Shown: piece after piece, positions 52,660-64,000 of the stretch
Layout of the letters: every line of letters starts with the position of its first letter
Numbering within the stretch: the stretch's first letter is position 1
From: Chrysomallon squamiferum
Lineage: Eukaryota; Animalia; Mollusca
Length of the DNA stretch: 64,000 nucleotides
NCBI GenBank assembly: GCA_012295275.1
Contig: CM022668.1
Coordinates: 11,594,001-11,658,000 of the forward strand
Reading direction: 5' to 3'
Translations under genes and position numbers: made by a program
The notes under the pieces: model-generated
Databases searched by the model: none
What the model saw: only the letters and a program-made list of their open reading frames with translations
What the model was told of the DNA's origin: nothing

Positions 52660-52930
52660 GTACCGCGGCTCGTGATAAAAGTTAATTGAACATACCGGAG
52701 GAATTTCAGGACACGTCGGGGTTTCGTTATCTGACCTTGACACTTCCTGCACGAGCATGACAAGCGCGCCACACCGCACGTGTGCGTGCAAGCACGCCCT
52801 TGTTTTGAGTCAATTACGTCAGATGCCTATCAAGCGATTCTAAATGTACTTTTCAAAGATCGCCATTTGCATTCTGGGATTGGCTGACGTAACACTCCTT
52901 TTACCGCGTCATTTGAGACGTGATTAGGAA
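52660..52930. promoter_or_regulatory. CpG-rich enhancer/promoter-like island
   Basis: CACGTG, TTACGTCA, CGCCATTT and ATTGG-C-TGACGTAA (reverse CCAAT next to a CRE-like site) within ~150 bp. Confidence 0.4.
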
Positions 52931-53087
52931 ATGTAGCATAAAAAAAACACAAAAAAAAACACATAAAAAAAACAGTATTTGAAAAGAGATTTTGTTTTTA
53001 TTTCGTTTTCCTCTTTGTCGACTTCTTCTTCTACTTCATCATCATCATCATCGTCATCGTCGTCATCGTCGTCATCGTCTTCTTCGT

Positions 53088-53118
<31 letters not shown>

Positions 53119-54024
53119 TTATTATTATTATTATTATTATTGTTATTATTATTATATTTTCAAAAATATTTTTTCTTATCTCATTCAACATTTTTCTTCT
53201 TTACTCTTCGTCTTTTCTCTTTCTTTTTTTTTTTTCTTCTTTTATCATTTATTTTATTTTATTTATTTATTTATTTTGTGGGGTTTGGGGAGTTGTCTTT
53301 TTTCTTCTTTTGCTTTCCTATGCAGTTTTCTTACTTTCTTCTTCTTCTTCTTCTTCTTCTTCTTCTTCTTCTTCTTCTTCTTCTTCTTCTCCTACCAGAC
53401 ATAATGAATTTCTGATCATCAAGCTCATTTGGTTTTCATTACGCTTTGATGAACAGACAAACCAAGTTGATGGAATGTTCTAGCAATGTGTGGGAAAGAG
53501 ATGCGAGGACTGTTCAAATTAGTTACGCGTCCTTGGCAATCGGCAAGAACAAGAACACCAGGAACAGTCACCTTCGTTCAGTCTGTTGTCTGATACGAAG
53601 ACCAAGTATTCGTTGATAACTAACTGGCAGATTATACTTCAGTGCCAGACGTAAATACAGACGTAGTCAAGGTCGTTAGATACAACCACACCATAACAGC
53701 AGCAGCAGCATCGAAATAATTACGATTATCAGTGCGTCATCATCGTTATCAGCAACATCGTTATGAACATCATTATTAAGATCATTACGTTATGGACAGA
53801 ATGATTATAGCGTCATTATAAACAGCATCATGACCAACATCACCATCATCATCATCATCAGTATAATTATGAACAACATCAGCAGCATCATCATCATCAT
53901 CAGCTACATCATTATACAAAGCACCATATATACATATATATATATATATTCAATATATATATACATGCGCGCACACACACACACACACACATACACACAC
54001 ACAACCACACATACACACACATAC

Positions 54025-54061
<37 letters not shown>

Positions 54062-54437
54062 ACCTTTTTACATCTGTCTTACTTAACTTCACGCGACAAA
54101 ATTAATAAATGTGATATTTCACGATGAGAGATATCATACCCAAAAATATAAACATGACACCATCGCAGATGAATATTTACCGTTTTCTTGTAAAAAAAAA
54201 ATATGTTATCTACTAAAGCTATTAAAAAGATAAATCTAAATATTTATCGTTATTTTAAAAGATCGTTGTTATTTTCATGTTGCTTTCTCATAAATAAGAC
54301 GTAGACTTACATAACATCATTTTTCTTTAGTGGAAACGTCTGTGAGATAATTCAGTTATGAAACAAAACTAGCTTGCAAAAAGAGCAAGAGTGATTTCCC
54401 GTTGCATTAGACCTAATGGATGTACATTTAGACTTGC

Positions 54438-54504
<67 letters not shown>

Positions 54505-55610
54505 GCTGGCGTTTTTACTGTCGTTGTTGTTGATGCTGATAATGTTATTAGCTTTCTTTTTCTTCTTTTTATTGTTATTATCATTGTTATTATTATTGCT
54601 GCTGGTGTTGTTGTCGTTGTAGTTGATGTTTATGATAATGTTATTAGCAGTGCTGCGTTCTTCTTTTTATTATTATTACTATTACTGCTACTACTACTAC
54701 TACTATTATTATTATTATTTTATTATTGTTATTGTCATCATCATCATCATCATTATTATTATTATTATTATTATTAGTGTAGTTGTTGTTGTTATTAATC
54801 CTTACACTTCTACTATTACTACTGTAATACTAATAACCATTATTACTGGTATTGCGTTGTTGTTATTATTATTATTTCATCTACTGCTGCTATTAATATT
54901 TATCATCATCACGATCATCATCATCATCATCATCACCTTTATTATTATTCCCCCCAGTGCAGGATCAGTAACACATCTTCATTTTTCTTTTCGCCATAAC
55001 AATATTTTACAAAACATTTTAGTAGCTACTCTAGCTGTTGTCGTGAAAATAGTTCTTGTCCATATATTTTATAGCAGTGCTTACTATATTATGGGAAAAA
55101 ATGACCATATTTTATTTTTGTGACCATTTGTTGTCAGCGTCCGTAAATTCTTAAGCCTTGGGCTTAACTGTTAAGTATCTTACATGGTAAATGTTATGAA
55201 TAAATAAAAAAAGAAAAAAAAAAGGATAAAATACTTTTTGGGTACGTTCAAGTGACTTTTTTATTTTTGTCTGAAGTTTAGTAACACTAAAGCGTGCTAA
55301 TAGTAAAATACTAAAATCAGCACAGAGAGGCTTAGGTTGCCCTTATTGTGACGTCAGTTCGTGTACAGAAATGTTAAAAATAAGATGTTTGATAGGCTGA
55401 GGATTTGGAATTTTTTAATATTTTATATAGATAGATAGGTAGGTAGATAGATAGATAGAGAGACAGACAGCCAGATATATTTATATTATTATTATTATTA
55501 CCTTTCTTTTCTATTATCTTTCTGTATTTAATTCTCCCTGACTTTCTGTTTCCATTAATCTACCTATTTATAGCACGTTTTCAAAATCATGTTTTCATCA
55601 TTTAGTAATT

Positions 55611-55736
<126 letters not shown>

Positions 55737-58312
55737 TCTCAGGTAACAGAACGTTCTGTCCTTCCTTACTCTTCTCTATGTCTACCTTCTATTCTCTTTT
55801 TTTTTTTAACAATCATGTTTTGTAAGCATTGTATTGCCCTTTCTGACCAATTACCAGAATTTTTTTATTGTTATTATTATTATTTTTTTTACCAGAGCTT
55901 GTCCAGAACAATTTTGACCTCGATTTCACATTACTTTAACACCTATTAACAGCACAATACCAACGTAAATTCTGCTGCGAAAGAAAATGTGTTTTCGTAT
56001 TGTACTTATTTCCGTTTGTTCGCCTGAGAGTTATTGTTCTCGCGTTGTGTTTTCTTTCTCGCTATTATCTCGCAAAAATGCGTCAACAATGCCACCGTGA
56101 AAACAAAAATTGTTTATGAAGGGTAACAGTTTCCGTTTTGATTTTGTAAAAAAAAATTATACGCGTTTAGGGTAAATACCACTTAATATATTTACATAGT
56201 TTCATGAATCTGTTGTGTCTCTTTTGTGTATGTAGGTCCGAGTAGATGTGAGTGTGGTGTCTGTAAAGTGTGTTGCCGTGAGCGTGTAAGAAAGAGAGCG
56301 AGGCGAAGAAAATGAAAATAAAAGAGAGACGGAGATGATAAACAGGTAGAGAGACAGACAAACAGACAGATAGACATGTACAAAGAGATAGACAACTCAA
56401 GCATTAGATATTAGGTATTTCCCTACAACAACAATAAAAACAACAACAGCAGGACTAGTGCTACTACTACTACTACTGCTATTACTATTACTACTACAGC
56501 TACTACTACTACTACCACTACTTTTATTACTACTACTACTACTACTACTACTGTTACTACTACTACTAATACTAATAATAACAATAATAACAGCAAACTA
56601 TAACTATAATAATAATAATAACAATAAAAATGATAATAACAATAATAATTATAATAATAACAACAGTAACAGTAACAAACAAAAGAAGAAGAAGAATGAA
56701 CCATAAAGTATCTTTATAATAGGAAACGAAACCGCGGCCATTTTTGAAGAAATTACTCTATTTACCAACAGGAAGGAATAATTTGTACAAACTGTTATCT
56801 TCACAAGAACACACACTAACGACATCAATCGTTAACATAAAAAATACCCGAGGTGTCGTTTAACATTACTGGAATGCATTTTGTTTATATTCTGTTGCTT
56901 TTTATGTTAAAAGATAACAAAAACGACAGAGGCTGTTTAATGGTCTAGAAATTTAATTGGCTTGACAAAATTATATTTTCTTTAACTAATAGGTGAAGAT
57001 ATTTTTTAACAAAAAGGAAACAAATTAAAAAAATTAAAAATTTAAAGCATACTTTGGTTAGTTCCAATGAAAAAAAAAAAAAAAAAAAAAAATTTTAGTT
57101 TTCCATGCTTATTTTCCCTTCTGGCTGCCAAATAATTGATTCAATAAGAGGAAAAATGTGTTGGTAACAAGACTGAAATAACAGCGAACGTTCTCTCTCT
57201 CATCTCAATTTATCTCGATCCCCGCCCACTTTTCGTTAATTAAGATACTGTCATTTCTGTTTAAACAGAAAACGAAAAAGATGGACTTAAAAAAAAAAAA
57301 AAAAAAAAAATAGATGGCATCAATGAACAGACGGGTCGTGTTATGGAGTAAAAAGATGACTTTGTTACGTACCAAATTAACACAGAATGTTCTGGAAGCA
57401 GGTTCGGTAATTATTTACTGGGTTGAGGTGAGGCGGGTTAGGTACGATCGAATTTCACTTATCCAGCGTTATGACGTCATACGTGTTTATTTTTATATGT
57501 ATATGCTGGATCCTTGTATGTACATGTACGTTTGTAATGTACGTCTGTATGTTTGTTTTTTGTGTGTATATATATGTATATACGTATATACATACATACA
57601 TACATACATATCTATCTGTCTGTATGTATCTATGTATGTGTGCGTATTTTGGTTATAATTTTGAATCTTTAGAACCAAATTTATCGATACTACAGAAGCC
57701 ATTTTCTCGTTGTCAACTGTTTTGTCTTTTTTTTTTTTTTTTTTTTTTTTTCTTGTTTCCCGCCGTCTTATTATATTTTTACATTCTTGCCACAAAAGGA
57801 ATTTAAAAAAAAAAAAAATTTTATTTTTTTTTCGGGAACGTTTTTGAATTACATCGTGTCTGTATATTTATGGTGTCCTTGTGGGTTTTTTTTCTTTTTC
57901 TTAAATGGTTCTGAAACGTAACGAAGCGTGGATTGACATTGTTGTGGTTTAGACATTTTCAAAATAACGACGTCTGCGTTCTGAAAGAATCTGAAGTGGA
58001 ACTTGTAAGAATTTCTAGTATGTCTGCACCGTAGCACGAACAGTAGTAAATAAATAAAACGTCAAATCGATATCAACAGGTTGTATGAATTAATAATTAA
58101 TTAAATGATGTAACTATGACATCGTCATCATCAAAGACGATAACAGCTATTACTACTTATAAAGATTTTGATTTTTACTTCGAATTTTGCTGCTACTGCG
58201 AATACGAATACGAGTACTACTGCTATTAATATTATTACTGCTTCTAGTATTAGTATTATTGTTATTATTATTGTTGTTATTATTGATATTATTATTTTTA
58301 TTATTGTTATTG

Positions 58313-58378
<66 letters not shown>

Positions 58379-58492
58379 ACAACTTTTACTAATACTACTG
58401 CAATTGCAACTATTNCTATAACAACGTTTATTTCAGCTATTATTACTATTACCATAAACAGAAAGTTCAGTTATTTGAGATAAATGAGACAG

Positions 58493-58599
<107 letters not shown>

Positions 58600-59764
58600 G
58601 AGAGATTCCTAACCAACACAGAATCTCTGTTAACTCTGTGTCGACTGTAGATGAACAACACGCGAACATCAGTACACTGCGTTGTACAACTCGACAGTGT
58701 TTGGTAATTCCACTTAGAGCGACGTCGCTAACAGGAGAAACCCGATAGGAAAACGTTTTTACGTTCTCAGAACATTCTTAAAATTAAAAGCGTTCTTGAT
58801 GGCTCAACTTGGAGACAGACATAAGCAACTGTCAGCATTTTTTTTTCCAAAAAACGAAAAGTAGTATTTGTTATTTAATTTTTTTTTTTTTTTTTTTTTT
58901 TTTGTCTTCCGAAATTGGTGAGAATTTGAAATTGTTTCGAAACAACGTGTGTTAAAGCTGGATTTAATTTGTGTAATAATGAAAAAGAGTGAGAAAGTAT
59001 GTTTGTTTGTGTGTGTGTGGGTTTTGTCGTAGAAAAAAAACTAAACAAATAGAGACAGACGTAAGGATAAAAATGTGATCACATTGTTTGAAATGTAAAC
59101 TGCTAAATTTATATAATAATCAATTTATATAGCAATTTAAAAGACACCCTTCAGAGAGAGAGACAGACACATACTAGAACAATTAAATACACATGCATAC
59201 CTAACATAACCTCTGTATAAATACACTATGTTATACGGCAGTTTCTCATATGTAATATGCCTTATATTTGACCTTTCACACTCATATATGTTAGAGATAT
59301 AGAGACAGGATTAACAAGCAGTATCAAATTCCTTTATATAATGTACTAAATCGAGTTATAATACAGACAGCCTCACATTAAAAATAACAGATAGAATGAG
59401 AGATACAGAAATGGATACGGAAGAACAGCCGAGTCTAACTATTTTGCTGTTACGTTACGTCATATAATTAGTTCGCATTAATAAAGAACTACGTTACACG
59501 AGTACGTAATTACTTTATATTCGTGCGTTGTTACATTATGGGAATAGTTTATTACGTTATCCGAATATGTTGTTACATTACGCAGATATAATTGCTGCAT
59601 GCGAATGTGATGTTACGTAATAAGGTTACAAAATGCGTTACAATAAAACGTAATTATGTTATATCAGTACGTAATTAATTACATCATTACGGAATCACGT
59701 TATATGAATACATTATTACGTCACGTTAAACGGATGCGTTATTATTTCATACGAAATAAGGTAA

Positions 59765-60072
59765 TAACGTTACGTTAAACTGATGTGTTGTTATTCTATA
59801 TAAAATACGTAATTACTTCACGTTAAACTGATGTTCGTTATTATTCTGCATAAAATACGTAATTACTTCACGTTAAACTGATGTACGTTATTATTCTACA
59901 TAAAAATGCGTAATTACGTCACGTTAAACTGACGTAAGTTATTATTCTACATAAAAATATATAATTACGTTACGTTAAACTGATACGTTGCTATTCTACA
60001 TAAAAATGCGTAATTACGTCGCGTTAAACTGATGTACGTTATCATTCTACATTAGAATACGCAATTACGTTA
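59765..60072. repeat. ~50-bp minisatellite, ~6 units (CGTTAAACTGATGTACGTTATTATTCTACATAAAAATGCGTAATTACGTCA)
   Basis: CGTTAAACTGA recurs at ~59773, 59821, 59871, 59922, 59973 and 60022. Confidence 0.9.
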
Positions 60073-60602
60073 CACACAGTTGATCACATCGGTCGTCAGA
60101 TTAGAGTGTTTACTGTAAAGCGACAAAAACATGTTGCCCGTGTTAGTCTCTGAATTGAATTACGCAGTCGAAGAGCCAGACAGTCGTGTGGGCCGATGGC
60201 GTAGAAAATTACTATCAGCTGTTTCAGGGGCGGGCACATGCAGGAACGTTGGAAGGGGATTAATTACATTTTTTTAAATTTTTTAAATTTTTAATTTTTT
60301 TTTTTTTTTTTTTTTTTTGTTCTTAATTGCCACTAGATTGGCTTTCAAATGACAAATGTGAAATTTAATTAAAGTTTATTAAATACACTGGTTTGTAAAT
60401 TTGATTATTAATGTGTTGTTGTCGTGGTTGTGGTTGTTGTTGTTGTGGTGGTGGTGGTGGTGGTGAGCTTTATAACCGTATTTAATAATGTAGTACGTGC
60501 TTAGTGTAGGTAGCCTATGATGCTCTGTGTATTTTTGTGTGTGTTAGTATGAGAGAGAGAGATGTGAATAAGTGCGTGTATTCTGTGATTCGTCTCTCTC
60601 TA

Positions 60603-60653
<51 letters not shown>

Positions 60654-60886
60654 CACATACATTATCGTTATCTTGTGCATGTTTTGAGTAGATATTAAAA
60701 GAAACATTTAATTAATTATTAATTTATATATGTGTTTGTGAGTGTGAGTGTGTGTGTGTGTGTGAAAGTAAGTATGTGTGTATGTATGTAATATGTCCTT
60801 AACTGAACCCACAGTCACTTAAACAATTCTCAAATTCAGTCTGTAGCTCTGTCTACTTTGTTCATTTTGCTCTCAGCATACCATAC

Positions 60887-61072
<186 letters not shown>

Positions 61073-61703
61073 ACACACACATTCTACGCTGCTTCTCGGC
61101 ATGCTTCATTCATGTTCTTTAACAAAACACATCTGCAAACTGATTCAGCTGAATTCACAAAATGCTCGCTTGAACTCAGAATTCACGATCAATCTGACGT
61201 TACGATTAAATCAAAGACAACAGTGAACTAGATAAACAAATAAAACAGCCCTCAGCGAAAACGCAAAAAAAAAATAGGTTTAAAAAATGGAAAAAAATAA
61301 AATAAAATAAACTGCATGAAATACCGTCATAGCCGATATCTTTAGAAATAAAAAGAAGTCTTTTGTAGTTCATCGTTAATGTTTTCCTGTGATATATCAG
61401 ATGTGGTTTCGGATTTCACGTCGTGATGTCACAAAGGTTGTATGGAACGGAACTTATTTCAGACAATGACAAACAGGTGTAACACCGGAAAGCCGGTGTT
61501 TATCGTAACTGAGTACTGGTGAATTATTTCAGAGGTAGAACAGTTAAATGTTTTCTTTCTTTGTTTCCACCGGTCAAGATGGTAATAAAAGAAAGAGACA
61601 GAGATAGAAACAGAAACAGAGACAGTTAAATAAAACTCTGTAAATGTATATACAGGTATAGATGTAGATTTAGAGAAAAATATAGATATAGATATATAGA
61701 TAT

Positions 61704-61736
<33 letters not shown>

Positions 61737-62425
61737 AATACACTTACAAATAGAGATAAAAACATACATATATATATACAGATACATTTATACATACACA
61801 TACATACATATATATATATATACATACATACATATACATACATACATACATACACATACATGCATACATACATTCATACACATACATACAGTCATTCATA
61901 CATACAAACATACATGCATACATATATATGCATACATACGTACATATATACATAGAGCCATACATACACATCCATACATACACATACATACATTCATACA
62001 CATGCATTCATTCATACATACATACATATACATACATTTATTCATACATACATACATACACACATACACACACACACATACACACACACATACAAGTAAA
62101 ACCACACAAAGACACACCTTATTACCAAATACGCACATTCACAAATACGTACAGTCTACTTGTTCGCTGATTCACAATTAGCGACCTAACATGGACACAC
62201 GCTCTGAAGTATTTTTTCAAATTTAGACACACTCCAATGATGGATTTCCGTCCCTTACATGCTTCTTCCGCTGGAAAAGGTAGATAAAAAGATTATTTTT
62301 GTCGTCGATACTTAAATCGCTGCATGTTAAGCCAGATAGCGCCTGGAACCTGCTGATACTTGTGATGTGCGGCAAAGTGCTGTAGTTTCTGCTGACTCTG
62401 TTGTTGCTGCTGCTGCTGTTGCTGC

Positions 62426-62480
<55 letters not shown>

Positions 62481-64000
62481 GTCATCGTCATCATTATTAT
62501 TATTTTATTATCATCATCATCGTTATTATTTTATTATCATAATCATCATCATCATAATTTTGTTGTTGTTGTTGTTGCTGCTGTGCTGCTGCTATTGTTG
62601 TTGCTGTTGTCGTTGTGATTACCATTATTATTAATATTGTTGTTGTAGTTCTTCTTTTATTATCATCATCATCATCATCATCATTATTATTTTGTTGTTG
62701 TTGTTGCTGCTGCTGCTATTGTTGTTGCTGTTGTCGTTGTTATTACCATTATTATTATTTTATTATTGTTGTTGTTGTAGTTCTTGTTGTTGTTGCTATT
62801 ATTGTTGTTGTTATTATTATCATTATTGTTAACGTTGTTCTTGCTGCTGTTGTTGTTTTCGGATAATGGACGTTCAACCTTTAGTGCGGTTATTAAACAT
62901 ACAAAGTTTATGGAGTTACTCAAGTTTAGGCATAAATCGAACCGCTTTGTTTTTGTTTCGTTACCTTCAACAGGGAGGCAGGCATTGGCCAAACTTTTTA
63001 CCTCCGTCTTATGAAATGAGTGCAAATAAGTAAAAATATTTACACGCGGTTATCGAAACTAAAGTGTGTATCTAGGATCACTCGACACTCGACAAACAAT
63101 CAGCATTAATTTACACTTCTGCGAATGGCACGTGCACTTGATGGTGACGTAAGTAGACCGGTTCCGGCACACGTTTTATTACAACTGGCCTCTCGTGCCT
63201 TGCCCAACCGTACCGCTTGCCTGGGACCAGTCGACCGAGAAAGGCGGGAACCGCGGTAATTGCAGACTTCAAAGAAGAGGCTACTTGTGCGCTATTACCG
63301 TTCGTCTCATAATTACGGAAAATTAAAATTGAATTTCTCAGATTCCATCTTGACCTCGACAACCGCCTTATCCCTCCGCTATGTCCGTTCATGGCTCAGT
63401 TTCTTTCACTTGGCCGCTCGTTTCAGGCCTAGTAAGACAGATTCGGGGCGGGTCCCTTCATCTGTAAAATTTAATTTAATTTTTTTTTTTTTTATTGTTG
63501 TTGTTGTTGCCGAAATCTGTGATTTTCTTTTTCATACCGAAAAGGGGAAAAACGAAGATCAGTTTTGTTTGTAAGTAGTGTGTGTTTTGTTTAGATAATA
63601 GTGTTTAAATGGTTTTGTTATTTTAATTTTATTTTAGTTTAGTTTAGTTTAGTTTACGCATAATTTATTTGTTTGTTTGTTTTGTTTTTTTTTTAGTTGT
63701 GTATGCGTTTACTTGTTGTTTGATGTTTTGTTTTTATCTGTCTTCTATTATATTTTAATTTTTTTTTTTTTTTTAATTTATTTGTTTATCTAAATATTTT
63801 ATTTATTTATTTACTTACTTTTATTTTTTTTATTTATTTATTTATTTTTTATGTTATTATTATTTTCTTAAAATTATTTTTCGAGCTATTATTTATATAT
63901 TTTGTTCGTAACATTTTCGTGTATTGCTTTTTTCTCTTACTTAATTTTTGCCTATATTGATTTGTTTCTTAGTTTTCCTTATTCTTTATTTTCTTTTCGG

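Noticed and set aside
61481-61500. Perfect hairpin AACACCGG-AAAG-CCGGTGTT as a Helitron 3' end or terminator
   Set aside because: No clean downstream CTRR|T terminus and no second copy; a single 8-bp stem is too little evidence.

Overview
AT-rich, microsatellite-saturated genomic DNA from an invertebrate animal (probably lophotrochozoan/mollusc-like; this is an inference), not a prokaryote. Almost every ORF in the supplied track is a simple-repeat artefact. Two divergent spliced genes can be rebuilt by hand. (1) Alpha-catulin (CTNNAL1-like, vinculin/alpha-catenin family) on the - strand has 16 coding exons from 16985 down to 577 (~770 aa). It shows an apparent frameshift in exon 6 and a candidate 18-nt GC-donor microexon. 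(2) A tamalin/GRASP-CYTIP-like PDZ + coiled-coil scaffold on the + strand has 6 secure exons at 30625-34655, a probable first coding exon at 21509-21580, and a C-terminal -DTKL PDZ-binding motif. The remaining ~29 kb (35-64 kb) has no supportable CDS. It holds tRNA-derived SINE copies, minisatellites, small dispersed duplications, a CTCF-like motif and CpG/bZIP-rich regulatory-looking islands. By eye, CpG is depleted across the catulin gene body and returns abruptly near its 5' end, as expected for mosaic gene-body methylation. I found no convincing wholly new system. The best leads are in splicing and gene structure.
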